A DNA stretch of 64,000 bases, taken from Camelus ferus. Lineage: Eukaryota. The notes beneath the pieces are model-generated. The model was not told the origin of the DNA. It was given only the letters and a program-made list of their open reading frames with translations, and made no database searches. A program made the translations under genes and the position numbers. Of the stretch, positions 24,560 through 38,750 are shown piece after piece. The stretch's first letter is position 1. The number at the start of each line of letters is the position of its first letter. The stretch covers positions 104,534,001-104,598,000 of the forward strand of contig NC_045696.1 of assembly GCF_009834535.1 (NCBI RefSeq), given 5' to 3'.

Positions 24560-27200
24560 GGGTTCTGCTTCTGCAGGGGATGAGCAGGCTCCTAACACAC
24601 AGACTCTTTCACAGTAACACCCATATCCTTGGAAAATACCACCCCTTGCTCAAAAGAAAAGAAAAAGAAAAAGAAAAAGAAAAAGAAAAAGAAAAAAACC
24701 CTAAGGATCTAGAGAGTGATTAAAAATAGGCAGATTTTTGGAGGGGAGTAGAAAATTAGAGGAAGCTACTAGCACTGGGCAACTTTTCTGTTTATAAATC
24801 ATTTTTTAAAAAATTGTGGCAAAATACATATAAATAAAATTTAATATCTTAACCATTTTTTCAGTGTGCATTTCAGTATTACTAAGTACATCCATGAATT
24901 TTCTGTTTTGCTTCTTTGCCTTGAGGGCAGCTGTGGCCCTGGTGGAGCAGTGAGGTTAAAACTCTGATAGAAAGCCGGTTGTATCTCTGGCCAGGGACAC
25001 AGGACTGCTGGAGTGTGAGGGAGGAATCTTACAGAGGAGTGAGCCAGGGAAATGGAAGCCCAAACTCTATGTTTAGACTCTAGGTTGGCCCCAGAATGAT
25101 ACACGTGGGGGACAGACTGAAAGCCGTCTACACGGAGATCTGAACTGCTCTCCACAGCAGGCAAGAGAGAGTTTATAGTTTGGGTTGAGTTAATTGCCTA
25201 TTGAAGCAAAACATCAATGATTTTTGAAGGGGCACAATAATCCAGAGTTTTCTCAACATAACATTCAAAACGTCCAGGATGCGATCCAAACTTACTTGCT
25301 ACATAAACAATCAGGAAAATGTGACCCTTTCTCAAAAACAGGGGCCCACCTCAAGAGACCTCAGATACTTGCACTCTCAAACAAATATATTAAAAACGTT
25401 CTTACAAGGTGTGTAAGGCTATAAAAGAAAATATACTTGTAATGAATAAAAAGATATAAATTACATCAGACAAATAAAGAAAAAAGAATCAAGTACAAAT
25501 AACTAAAAGGGATAATATTTGAAATAAAATATTCACTGGATGGACTTAATGGTAGAATGCAGATGACAGAAGGACAGGTCAGTGAATGTAGGACAGATCA
25601 ATGAAAAAGAAGCCAATCTGAAGAAAAGAGAGAACAAAGATTGAAAGGGAACAAACAGAGCTTTTGTGACCTGTGAGAAATCTGAAGTAGAAAGAGAAAA
25701 AATACTAGAGAGAAATATAACCTCAGGGACCTGCAGGTTGATATTAAAAAGTCCAACATAGCAGGTAATTGGGGTCACAGGAAAGAGGAAAGAGGGAGAA
25801 TGAGGCAAAAATAATATTCAGAGAAATAATGGCTGAAAACTTTCCACATTTGGTCAATGACAGATACTTACATGTTCAAGTAGCCAGGAAAGGACATTTT
25901 ACAACTATAAAAGGCAGAGATAGTGATCATAAAAGCATATGTACCTAATTAGAGATCCTCAAAACACACGAAGCAAAAATGGACAGAATTAAATGGAGAA
26001 ACAGACAACTCCACAACCACAGTAGGAGAATTTCAGTAACTGCTAGAACAACAAGGTAAAAAACGATCCATAAAGTCATAGGTAATTTAAACAACACTAT
26101 CAACCACTTTGCCCTAAGTGATATTTATACAGCAATACATCTAACTGCAGGACACACATTCACTGCGGCCTCACATGACAAGTTTACAAAGACCATCTGC
26201 TGACCATACAATGACCCAATCGATGAAGAGGGCTAAATCCTCGCGTCCCTTCTCTGATCGCAGTGGGATTAACTTGGAAACCACTAACATTTAATAACAA
26301 GGGATCTAGAGAAATCCCAGATATTAGGAAATTAAACAAAGCACATTTAAACAGTATACGAATCAAAGAAGAAATGGAAAGGGATATTAGTAAATAACTG
26401 GAACAGAAGATAATACAAAAACAACATATCAAAATGTGTGGGGATGCAGATAAATCATTCTTTAGAAAGAAATTTATAGCCTATGTGCATATACTATAAA
26501 AGAAAAAGATCTAATATCAAGAAGCTAGGAAAAGAAGAGTAAGGTAAATCGAAAGTAAATATATTTTTAAAACCCTGTTGGTTATGATCATATTTAAATC
26601 AAATATTAATTTGACATTTTTATGAAAACATCTTCCCATAAAGAAAACTCCAGTCCTAGATTGTTTCATTAGTAAATTCTATCACACATCCAAAGAAGAA
26701 ATCACACCAATCTACATAACTGGTTTTTAGAAAACAGAGGAGGAGGTAACACTTTCTCTTTTAAATAGGCTGGTGTTAACCTAATACCAAAACCGGACAC
26801 AGACATTAACAGACATTATAAGTAAAGGAAATTACAGACCTCTACCTGTCGTGAACATAGAGACAAAAATTCTTTACAATATACTAGCAAATGTAGTCCA
26901 ACTTTATAAAAAGGATTATGATGAGGTAGAACTTAACCCAGAAATGCAAGATTCAATCAGTGTAATTCACCACATTGACAGGATAAAGGAGAAAAACCGC
27001 ATGGTCATTTCAAGAGACATAAAAAAGAATTTGCCAAAATTCAGCATCCATACATAATAAAATCTCCCAGGAGACTAGAAATAGAGGAAATTGGTTCAAA
27101 CTGCTAAAGGTTATCTATGGTAAACCCACAGTTATCATCCTACAAACGCTGAAGTATCAAATCCTTCCTTCCTAAAATCAGGAACAAGGTGGGAGGCCTC
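24560..27200 (+). mobile_element. Ancient, fragmented LINE-1 (5' region, ORF1 and ORF2 remnants)
   Basis: ORF 26851-27057 MNIETKILYNILAN...SISVIHHIDRIKEKNRMVISRD aligns by eye to L1 ORF2 reverse transcriptase (MNIDAKILNKILAN...SINVIHHINR). A-rich sense strand with many stops. Left boundary approximate. Confidence 0.85.
24652..24698 (+). repeat. (GAAAAA)n purine-only simple repeat
   Basis: Read directly. Confidence 0.9.
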
Positions 27201-28971
27201 CTCCTACCGCTTAATAGTTCTTGAGTGCTGCTTATGTGCCAGGTACGGTGCCAGTGGCTTTAGAGCCACTCTTGGTGCAAGCAGAAATGCGAGGACTGGA
27301 GCACAGAGAGGTTAGGAAACTTCCTCAGCATCACGGAGTAACCATAATCGAACATTTGCATTCAGATCTCCCTGACTTGAGAGATCACCTCCGATCACAA
27401 CTGTCTTCCCAGCAGTATAATAATCACTGTTAACTATTATAGGAATCTAGAGGTGGGGGAAAGCCTCTGTGTCTGGCTTCTTCACACTTTCCCCTCCCAC
27501 AGGTTGAGAGGCAAAAATAACTGCTCACACTCGTCCACCAGGGACAAAGCAGACGCAGGCTAAAAGGTAAGTGGTTTCCAGGAGACGCTCGAGAGAGCTG
27601 TCGCCTGATTCACACATCTCCATCAAAGACGCCACGCTATCAATCAACAGCAATATTCAAATTACAATGGTATTTTGCTACTAAAAGTGAGTCTAATTTG
27701 CTCATTTTCATTATTTAGAGGCAGTTAATTAAAAACGCAGCCGATATTTATTTTTCTCCCTTCACATCAACAGTGATTTCTTGCTGCCGTGCTTTCCCAG
27801 CATTACAGTTTTATGACCTGACGCAGCCTATAGTGGATTTCTTATGGTTGTGTCTCCCATTATTTTAATTTCAAGCAAGACATTAAACTGCTGTAAGAAT
27901 TCAGCCATCGTTGGTGAAGCGTGAGGAACAACTGTGGTGCACATCTTAATGAAAGAGCTGGCTTATACACCAGGAAATAGACCTTGGTCCCTTCTACTAG
28001 GAGAGTGGGGGTGGTTTGGCTTTGGGGCAAGCAAAGGATTGATGGCAAGTGTTATACTGGCCAGAAACCGACAAGCTTAATCCTAAGCGCATTGAGCCGT
28101 TTCATTATCACCTGATGATGGAGAAGGAATTGCTGTGCCAAAAAGTGGCCCATGTCTGCTGCGATGTTTCTAACAAAGCTAATGTCATCTTTCTTAAAAG
28201 TCATGCTAACTTTGCAATTCATGCTATAAAATATCTAAGTATCTTTGAATATGAAATTATTGTTGTTTATCTTTGCATCTTCGCGTAGAATTAACATTCT
28301 GAGAAAATACATCATGCTCGTCGGCGACTCCATACCTGCTTGGCGAGGGCTCCTTCAGGTAGAGAGAAGCCCTGCTCTGAAACTGCTGTTTGAAGGTCAG
28401 AATTTCAGGAAGCCAAATGGCACCTAATGCACGAGAATTTTCATCCGGAAATTAAGGAGGAGCAGAAAACACCCTAACAAGCAGGCTTTTGCTGTTTATC
28501 TGCAAACAGGAAATGGTGGCAACAGAAAAGCTTGCCAGCTGCTCAACTGAGAGGTTAGCATGCAGCTGATAGTAACACCAGCAGCCTTTGTCCCTAAGAA
28601 AATGAGTCATCCTAGTTGCTCTTGTCAGCTAACAAAGAACTCTCCCTTATGCGTAGCTATCGGGAGAACTCCTACACAAACTTCAAAACACAGTTGTAAG
28701 CATTATTTCTGTTGAGAAGCCTACTCTGGCTTCTCAAGCTGAGATGGGCACCACCTCCTTGGCACCCTCTCCAATGCCCCATGCTTCTCTGCCTCCCTCC
28801 CCTTTTCCTCCTACATTGTCAATTGTTTCCACACATCCTTTTTCCCTTTAGAGCTCTCAGAGGCAAGAATCTGTACTTGTCTTCCTGACTCTACTGCCTG
28901 GCTTAAGGCCTGACTTAATATAGGTGTTCAGGGAATGTTTGTTGGATGTCAAAGTCTCAACAAATTCAAAG

Positions 28972-29232
28972 GAAGAATGGTATGATGGTTAAAACCAGAG
29001 TCTTTGGAATCAGAATGACTTGGCTTCAAGCACCAGCTCCAGCATTCCTCACTCTGTGAACATGACCAAAATGCATTAACTTCTCCAGATGTCAATCTTT
29101 TCATCCACACAATGGGAATAATAACAGATTCTACTATATTGGGCCACTGTGGAGGATAAATCAACAAGGCAAAGTGCATAAAGCACTTTGCATGATGCTG
29201 GCGTGGAGAAAGTACATGGTGAGTGTTGCTAA
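28972..29232 (+). mobile_element. MIR SINE
   Basis: tggttaaaaccagagtctttggaatcagaatgacttggcttcaa...ttcatccacacaatgggaataataacag...cataaagcacttt. Confidence 0.8.
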
Positions 29233-32200
29233 TTGCTGACATCAGTGGTAGTGCCTTCATGCTGAAGCCGAAACTTATCTTCTGATTTTGACCTCCCAGG
29301 AGAGAAAGAGCCTCAGACAAGGTCAGCATCTGATGTCAGAAAGATTCCAGCGAGGCCATCACGAGGACCCTGTCTCCAGGTTTCTCTTTGCCAGTTGTCA
29401 AGTCTCCTCCTCCTTCAACCAGTCATTTCAAGGTCTGCTGAGCTTCTGCCCCAGGCCCCAGCTTGCTTCTGAGGCTCCGTGCTGTGGGCCATCTCTGGTG
29501 GGCTGCTGTCCCAGGTGCCAGGGCTCCCCTAATGTCTGATGCCCGCCCTGAGCTCACCCCGTGGCTTACTTCTTCTGAGCTGGATACACTGCTCCATCCT
29601 TCCCAAATTTACCGCTGGGCACTGAGCACACATGACCTCACTTTACCCACAACCCCACCACCAGTAAGTATTCACTCTATTTGACAGATGAATCAACCGA
29701 GGTGCAGAGCAGCTGAATGACCTGTTCAAGGTCACAGTGGGATCTGACCTTGGGCTTCGGTGCTCAGACTCTCCACCAAGCTGCTTCCTGGATGGCATGG
29801 CCTCTGAAATTGATAAACAACGGCAGGTGTACGAGGCCACACATTATACCTCTTGACAAGTTTTGCCCATAACCCATACCTTGTACTGAAGTTCTCAAAT
29901 GTTCGAGTGGGGAACCCCAAAGGGGCAGAGGCATATTTTAAGTGTTTAATTTAAGTTAAGGCAAGTGTCAGGAAAATCCATATTTCCAGCTGCAGAAGAA
30001 AGAGAAATGGCAGCCCGATCAATATTACAGAAGTATATGGACTCTTTTACTGCTCTATCAATGCCTGGAGCTAATAAGTCAGCCTCTCAGGGGACAGCTT
30101 CCTAGTCTAAAACCGAAGTTCAGAGGCCGCTGCCTGTCAGGCACGACTCCAGCTTTCATTCTGATCAAGGTGAGTGGGAAACCAAGGGTCTTCTTACACG
30201 AGGACCAGACGACCCCCGGGGCACCTCTCATCAAGACCAGGGCGGCTCGGCTGTTAACAAGCACATCCGACGTGGTCATCAATAGCGTCTGCGAAGCCCC
30301 CACAGAAGGCAGGCAGGGAGATTAAAATGTTCAATCAAACTCAGAAGAGAAATTTGAAAATCAATTTGAGGTTCCTGAGGAACAGGCCAGGGAGGATAAT
30401 TAAGACTCATAACTCCCAACTTCAGCTGCTTCTGTTTCTAATTCTGGGGCAAAATAAAACCACCATTTTCCAAGGAATCAGAGGGAGCAGGGATGCAATG
30501 GTAGGTCCTGGCGTGCTCCCCAGGCTGAGAGCCACGGTGGTGGCCAAGGCGTCCCCAGTTCACAGACAGGACGTGCACCCCAGTGAACCAGCGTTTCAGC
30601 AAGCTGACTTGAAAGGATTCTCTCATTTCCTTTCCATGTTCCCTTTTTTTCCCTGGCAATGGAAAGCTGATGCAAATGCGAAAGGTTGGCTGCTTCCAAG
30701 TTTACAGTAAATAACTTGAAAGAGCTGTAGATTGCCTGGGTCCTGGGTGTCAGGAGCTAATGCATTCTAAATGTAACCCATTTCCAGCACAGCCAAACTC
30801 TGCTTTGACATTTTCCTGTGCAGCACAGGGATATTTGTTTTATCGGTGCTTTGCTATGGCTCTAATTTGCCTATTGTGATTCACACAGACCAGCAATGCT
30901 AATCGGATGCTTCATTTCCCCCTTGGGCAAATGCAAGATCAACTACAGCTTCATGATCCATCTCCCTATATGATAAATACCCTTGTGCTTCTTCTTACTC
31001 TCCATGCAAAACATACGTAGGTGCAGTTTACTTTTTAAGCTACTGAGCAATAGAAAGAGAGGGGGAATTCCTCTCTATGTAGGGCGTATTTGTAGAAGAC
31101 TCAGGAGAACTTAATTCCCTGGCTCCCAGCAGCAAAGGTCACATAATTATACTATCTCCCATGAGATCCAAAATTTTGCATACCCAGAAAACAATTGACA
31201 GAAGGAGTCATTTCTGCAGCTACTCAGAATTGCCTGTTTTTATCGATTAGGAAGTCTGCATCACACATTTTCACACAAATTTATCAGCAGTAGTTTTTCA
31301 TCCCACTCTTGCTTGGTGAACGGCATTTGGCCTAGAATTTCCATGATAAACTTAGAGTTCAACTACTTATGTATTTTGTCACCTGTTATTCTCCCAGACA
31401 ATCATTCTCATGCATGGGATATTATGAATAATTAACGAGCATCTATTATATGCCAGACACTGCAGAGGAGGCAAAGGAAACAGAACTGTAAGCTGACATC
31501 TTCCTAGGAAGAGGAGCACATAGCAACACGAGGTTTTAGACCAAAGAAAGATTCAGAGCTTTTACTCTACTGTTTTTCAGCCTCAGTTTTTCAAGGACCG
31601 CCTTCATGATTTTGGCTATAATCCATGAAGACTTATAACATTTTTCCTTCATTATTTGAACTAGATTTGCTTGTTTTTACCTCAACTTATTTATAAAGAA
31701 GATCTTTACTACTACTGTAGTTCGAAAAACAACACAATAGTTCACTGTTTAGGTACTATTTCCGGTTGGACAGTGTTACCCTCACAGTCAGAAGACAGAC
31801 ATGTGTCCATGTAATTAATATAGAGTATGGTAAGTACAACGGAGAGAGGAGCTAGCCTTCTTTAGGGCTAGTGGAAGACTTCCTGGAGGAGGGGACATCT
31901 ACGTGGGGCTTGGAAGGATGATTAGGAGTTCATTAGGAAGACAAGAAAAACTTTCATATTCCCTTGTTGTCTTCCTTGTGATTCTGGCACCAGCAAAAAT
32001 GTCTTGGTGTTGATTTACCTGCTGTCCTCTCTGGAACAATGGAGAGACAGTAAATTGCTGACTGTCTAACATGGACATCAAAGTTGATTTGCACCAGCAA
32101 ACCTTTCAAACTGCTTAGGCAGTTGGAGTTACATGGTCTGATTATGTCTTTAATGAAACAACTCTACAGTGTTGTCTGTTCTCACACTCAGCATCTCTCA

Positions 32201-32584
32201 TTTGTTTTGATTGTTATGATTGATTTTAAAGACCACATTGTTGGCTACTCTTACTTCCTCCAGTTTGTGATTCTCTGTTAGAGTCAGAAGCCCAATCTCT
32301 CTAGCTTGCCACGAATGTCGCAGATCTCAAAGTGCACTGAGTTGAATGATGCCTGGAAATTTGGATGTGGTGACATCCCTGAGCTGGAGAATCCAATTCC
32401 TGGTCACTTGATTGTCATATAGGGGAAAATCCCCCAAACCTTTTAGTTGGATTTCCTTCATTGCTCCTCCTTAGGGCACAGAATCATCTCCCATTTCACA
32501 GAATAGGAAGAGGCTGAGGTGCAGCAGAGTTGTGTGATTTCCAAGGCTACACACTTACTGGGTGGCTGAGTCAGCTGTAGACAC

Positions 32585-33033
32585 TGCTGAAGGTTGAATT
32601 GTGTCCTCCCCACTCCCCGCCACCTCCACCAAAAAAAAAAAAAAGCAAGTTGAAGTCCTAACTTCAGATGGGAACCGGATTTGTCACTAGAGTCTTTCAT
32701 CAAGTTACAATGATGTCATTAGGATGGACTCCAATCTAATATGACGGTGTCCTTATAAAAAGGGGAGAATTTGAGGTGGAGACAGACATGCCCAGAAGGA
32801 AGACGATGTGAACACACAGGGAGAAGAGGACCATGTGACTGAAGAATGTATCCACAAGCCAAGGAAAAGACTGGCAGGTGGAAGAGACAAGAATCCTCCC
32901 CCAGAGCCTTCAGAGTGAGTGTGTCCTGCTGACACCAGACTTCAGATGGCCAACCTCCAGAACCGTGAGACAGCAAGTTTCTGTTGTTATAAGCCACCCA
33001 GCTTGCGGCATTTTGCCCTTGGAAACTAATACA
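32585..33033 (+). mobile_element. MLT1 (ERVL-MaLR) solo LTR, MLT1B/C-like
   Basis: TG...CA termini; ggttgaattgtgtcc, ccaatctaatatgacggtgtccttataaaaagggga, cctccagaaccgtgagacagcaagtttctgttgttataagccacccag, ggaaactaataca. 5-bp flanks gacac and gaaac. Confidence 0.9.
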
Positions 33034-34079
33034 GAAACCAAACCTGAGGCCGAGACATTCTGCTTCCTGAGCTGCAAATCCCATGGACACACTTGTCCTC
33101 GGCTGCCTTTCAAGTCCACTTGGTCCTGTGCAGGAGCCATGGGGAGGCAGAGGGAGAGAAGGTCCCGGAAAGATATGCAATCCAGCTATGGATCGTCACT
33201 GATGTGTCCTGTTCGGCTCCACCAGCCCCCCGTGAGCAGGCGGGGTTCCAGCACCCAGTGCACTCAGCCTGGGCTTGTTATATAAATGAGGAACTATGCC
33301 TCAGAGACAGTGGGGCATGGACAGGGGGCAGTTTTGGGCAGGGGATGGGAGCCTGAGTTCAGCAGGACAGACTCTCCAGAGTTGGCTGAAGGTGCTTAAC
33401 TGTGCTTTATGCCTCCGACCAGATTTTTCTCCAGAGGAAATGAAAATAATTTTGTCAGTGTTTCCTAAATTTGGAGAAATTGCAAACTTGAAAAAAGAAA
33501 TTGTCAAGTACTTCAATAAAAGGGCTATACATAAACGTGTTATTTCATTGTTATGTGTTGGCCCTTGAAGGGGCCGATCTGATAAGCATCCAGTTTGTAC
33601 CTGCCTGGACAAGCCTCGGAACATGCTGGACACAGCTTTTGCTCTTCTCAGGAAACAGGGCCAGGCCACTTCAGGGACCCTCCTGACCCTCCACTGGGGA
33701 CTCTCAATGGGGGTTCATTCTGATGGGTTTGCCTGGCTCTGTGACAGGCACACACTCCCAGGTGCTCCTCACAGATATTTCTGGCTGATCTCAAAGCCCA
33801 GAACTGTTAGAGGGGGCTCCATGGTCAGTTACATAGACCACTGTCTGGGCAGGGTCACTGAACAGGCACAAGATGGCTCTCATTCCAACAAACATAGACC
33901 TGGTGGTGCTTACAATTCTATCAGTAGACTCCATTTCTTTAGGCTGGTATCTCTTGGTTTTATTTTTGTTTCATTTTAAATTTTATCTTTATGCTTGGTG
34001 GATAAAATTTAGAAATATAATAAAGAATGGTAATCCTAATTCTGGAAAGCAATCAACAGTAACTTTGACTTTCTTTTGG

Positions 34080-34420
34080 TAAATGTTTTTTAAACAGTAG
34101 AGATTATGTTTTATGTACAGTTCTGTATCCTGTATCTTTGTTTCATATTATGAGAGCATTTTCCTAGCATATTAAAGACTCCTTTGCAGGCATTACTTTT
34201 CATGGCTGCATAATAGTCCATCATACAGATATGGTAAGCATATGAACCTGTATCCAAATGGTTGAAATATAGGTTGTTTCCAAGTTCTTACAACCGTAAA
34301 TAGTACTGGATACACAGTTTGATATCTTTGAAAAATATCATTGGCAAAGTGATGAATTCTAGGAAGTGGAAATACTGAGTCAAAGGGCATGGCTATTTTA
34401 AAATTTCTGCTTATGTTTCA
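34080..34420 (-). mobile_element. Ancient LINE-1 (L1ME-like) fragment
   Basis: ggctgcataatagtccat, taggttgtttccaagttctt and attctaggaagtggaaatactgagtcaaaggg. Minus ORF 34193-34390 contains LFTVVRTWKQP, like the ORF2 C-terminus. Confidence 0.75.
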
Positions 34421-37400
34421 CTATTTTAATTAGAAAAGCAGCCTCCCAGCCCCCTTCCAATAGAAGAATGCATTTTATCACCAACATTCCACTACTCCAA
34501 CATCAGCCTCCTAGGAAACACAGCCAGCCTTTCCATTTGTGGGGTGGACTCTGGCTGAATGACTGTACCCCCAGCAAGACTCAGCCAATAAGCTACTCTG
34601 AAGTCACTGTCCTTCTCTTCTCTGGGATGGGTTGTCTTTGGTATCCTGGGAACATATCCCTCTCAATGTGGTCCAGAGATTGCCTGCTTGTTTTTTAACC
34701 AGGCTGGTACCTGAGACAGTTGGTGAGAAACAGCAGGCTCCTGCCTGCTAGATAAGGTGGTCTCAGCTCCGGCTGGTAGACACCCAGCAGCAACTAAAGG
34801 GAAAAGTGACTCATCTTTGCCTCTTTATTTCCCCAGAATGTGGGGCCTTTTGGGGATTTTCAGTTAGCACTTCTCCCTCTAGAAGGTAGGGTGGGAATGT
34901 AGTGGGATGCAGCAGAATGAGTTCTTGCAGGGGAAGCCAGCTGCTGAGCTAAGGCTGACAGCCAGCAAAGACTGCTGAAAACTTCAGGCCTCCAGCATAT
35001 CTCAGCAGGTAGCCGGCAGGCTCAGGCTGATTTACATCACACTGATTGCAATGGGGAGGGAGCTGGGGAAGGGTAATGCCATCTATAAGTGAGCATACAC
35101 TATACATCAAACACTGGATGTGACATTTCACGCATATCCACACACTTAATTCTGTCTACACTCTCGACAGATAATTATTTTATCAAATTTTGGAAAAAAT
35201 GAAACTGGAGCTTGGAGAGGTTATGTAACTCACCCAAAGCCACACAGCCAGGGAGTGACTCTCAGCCTTCAGACACAATCTGTCTGATTCCCATGCTCCT
35301 GTGCCTTCTGGGTACCAGCCTCTAAGGAAGGCCTTCTTGGTGGAGCCTCAAGGCTTCCCTGCTGCCTTCCCCAAAGCCAGATTCATATGGATGATGGGGT
35401 TCATGTGCCCTTGAGAAAGTCTAGGTCTCAGGTCTCAGGTCTCGTATAGCCGCAATAATCAATAAATAGATTATCCATCTACGTAGATACGTAGATATTA
35501 CCTAGGGTCATTGCATTTCAACCTCTACCTTTCCGAGTTCCAGCAGGGAACGCTTAGTCTTTGGAAAGACTCCATGAAGTCAGGAAGGTTGTAGGCACTA
35601 GCCGTACAGGCTAAGTATGTACGGTGTCTGGAACAAAATAGATAATAGATATGTACAAATAATATTTCTCTTTCTCCATTAGGGCCTGGTGGCTTTGCAG
35701 TTCATTCATCAGATGCTGACTGAGCACCTACTATATGCCATCCAGGGTGATTCCTGCATGGATCTGCTACCAGGAGAAAGAAATAACGGCGTGCTCACAG
35801 CAAGACATATTCTTTCCCTCAAGTGTACCTGGCAGGAGTGTGGTTCTTGTTAGCTTTAAGACCTCCTCAAGAAATGTTTTTAGAAGAATGAGCCCAAACC
35901 CAGCTCATGGACTTTTTTCATCATGCTTCCTTCCAAGGAGTCTTATGAAATAAGACTACAAATAACATGGTGGCTTATTTCAATTAAATCGAGAGAGACA
36001 CTGCTCTCCTGCTGGGAAAGCTTACCAAATGTCCTGGGATGGACAGCACAAGTCCTCACAAGGATAGTATAAAATGTTTTGAGAAAGGACAACTTTATTC
36101 CTGCACTTAAATGCAAAATCCGTATAGTTTAGCTCTCTGGAGGGGGATTTGGAATTTTGGCCAGTTGTCTACTGGGTTATTCAACTAAGTATTGAATTGA
36201 ATACTTAGTTGAATAAAGAAGAGGTAGAGGGATGATGGAGAAAGGGGGCGGAGATGTGGGAGGAGACTGTGATGCTGCAGAGAGATCATTTGGAGGGAGA
36301 AGAGCATCCGGCCTCTCTCCCTTCCCTCCATCATGGCCCTTGGGTTGGGAACCTACTGGCTGCAGCGCAGAAAGTCCAGCCTTGAGTATACTTGCTGTCA
36401 TTCCAATGGCGGAAGCAGGAGGAGGTGGAGTGAAAGATGGAAGCTGCAAACTGAGCCAAGCTGGAGTGCCGCATCAGATCCGCCCTTCCTGGTATTTGGA
36501 ATGAAGTGACGGTGACTGAGTCAGTTGGATGGCGGTAGACTCTGGACGCTAAGGCATGCAAACTTGAGCTGGGTAGTTAGGCTGGGCCTTGGGAAAGCAG
36601 ACCTCGACTATTCAGAGAAAGAGAGGAGCAGAGGGGGAGAAACAAGGGACCCCAGAGTGAGAGGCAGATGGAGAAGGTAGTTGTTGATGGTAAGTTTCTG
36701 TGTCTAAGGAGGCCTGAATATCTTTGATTTCTCTGGTAGGTGCCTGTACCTGCCAATAAGCCATCACCTATGGAGACAGCATGAGTGACTTGCTGTTTCT
36801 GGCCACCCCAGATGTCCTTTCTGAGACACCGGACAACCCTCCCAACTGGTTCCTTCATGACTTTGCCTCAAACTTGCCATTTGGTAATTAAAGAGCATAA
36901 AAGACAATCAAGTAACAGTAGGCTTTCAAGAACAGCAAAAGAAGATGAATCAAGGCAAAAGCCATTAAAAACAGCTTGAAAGGCAAATAACAAGGCTAAA
37001 ATAAAAACGAACAACATAAAACTCAGGCTCAAAATAAAAGTTGAATATGATGAGAGAACTAGTTGATAAAATACAAGCCAGGGATAGAAGTACAAGGGAG
37101 ATAAAAAGTCATTAAATCGTACATCAACTGAGAACAATTAAAATACAGGAAACAACAGAGCAAAGTGAATACTGAAAGAATATAATCTACAAACAATAAA
37201 ACTAGGATAATCAGGCAATAAAACAAAATGGATAAGAAGATAGGGCTCATCTGGGCCCAGGGCATACACCAAAGCCTTGTGTCTCCAGCGAACAAAGACC
37301 TTTGGGGCCTCTCCAGCCACGTTAGTTGCCGCGGGGGCACTGTCTTCTTCCCACAGAAAGGGGTCCCCCAGCAAACGTCATCTGGCCAGAGAGCCCCAGG

Positions 37401-37616
37401 GTCAGAGCAGGATGTTCGTCTTCTCCTTTTCCCTTTTTCCCCTCTCTCTTTCCACATGTGCCTCCTCCCCATGCCGGCGTCTTCAATGCCCCAAGTGAAG
37501 TCTGAAACAGAGCAGCCGCTCTCCAACAGTCCCTCGACTGCATTTCATAAGCAGCAAAGACCAGGGCCGGTTCATGCATTCTGTGAGAATCTAAACGTCA
37601 AGATCCAGAACTGCCA

Positions 37617-38418
37617 GAGGTGGCGAAAAAGGAGCCCTTGTGCACCGTTGGTGGGAATGGAAACTGGTGCAGCTACTATGGAAAACAGTATGGAGGTTCC
37701 TCAGAAAATGAAAAATGGAACTTCCATATAAGCCAGCAATACCACTTCTGGGTAGTTTTCCAAAGAAAACAAAAATATGAATTTGAAAAGATATATGCAC
37801 CCCTATGTTCTTGCAGCATTATTTGCAATAGCCAAGATATTTAAGCAACCTAAGCGTCCATCAATAGATAAATGGATAAAGAAGATGTATGATATAATAT
37901 ATATAATATTCCACTTTATATATATATATTCATATATACATATGAATATTACTCAGCCATAAAAAAGAACAAAATCTTTCCATTTGTGACAGCATGAATG
38001 GGCCAGGCGGGTACCCAGCTAAGTCAAGTAAGTCAGACAGAGAAAGACAAATACCATATGATGTCATTAATATGTGGACTTTAAAAAACAAAATGAAAAA
38101 CATAAAACAGAAACAGACTCACAGATAAAGAGAACAAAGGTGGTTTGCAGAAGGGAGAGAGGTGGCGGGGCATGAGTGAACTAGGTGAAGGAGATTAAGA
38201 GGTACAAACTTTCAGATGCAGAATAAATGCATCACAGGTATGAAACGTACCATGTGGGGAGGACAATAACTAACTGCATAAAATCTTTGTATGGTAGCAG
38301 ATGGTAACTAGACTTATTGTGGTGATCATTTTGTAATGTTTAGAAATATTGAATCTCTATTTTGTGCACCTGAAGCTAATATAGTGTTGTAGGTCAATTA
38401 AACTTCAATTAAAAAAGA
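37617..38418 (+). mobile_element. 5'-truncated LINE-1 (ORF2 C-terminus and 3' UTR), older subfamily, with diverged TSD
   Basis: Translations [24 protein letters not shown] and [27 protein letters not shown] are L1 ORF2-like. Direct repeats aagatccagaactgcca (37600-37616) and aagattgagaactacca (38419-38435) match 14/17. Confidence 0.92.
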
Positions 38419-38750
38419 AAGATTGAGAACTACCACCCTGGCTCCTAGATGTGCAGAAGGGGATAGAAGGCTAAAAGCCTTGTCTGGCTGAAGTTCTACA
38501 AAAGGCTCTGGGTTGGACTGCTATGGCCAGAGGAAATCACTGGGGCAACAGAGTTGTCCGTGAGCAGCTGGCCTCGTTCTCCCAACCCTCACCTGGGAAC
38601 TGAAAAGGGTCTGGCAGCCAGCCTCAGTCAGGAGTTACTGACATGTATTCTGATACTATCAAGGAGTTATCAGGGAGCTCCCAGCATGATCAAAGGGAAT
38701 GGGCACCTGACTATGAAAATTATTGGTTCCATTTATTTAAGGGTTATTTG

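Noticed and set aside
36880..37235. A-rich strand-biased stretch that might be a decayed gene
   Set aside because: Stops interrupt the plus-strand frames. It is most likely a very old L1/HAL1 remnant that I cannot assign.
37228..37731. 167-aa ORF
   Set aside because: Its C-terminus runs into a decayed L1 and the rest has no recognisable homology.
38585..38612. Second AG|GT motif (cccttttcagttcccag|gtgagg) on the transcribed strand
   Set aside because: Short pyrimidine tract with a competing AG 7 nt upstream; weaker than the 57919 candidate.
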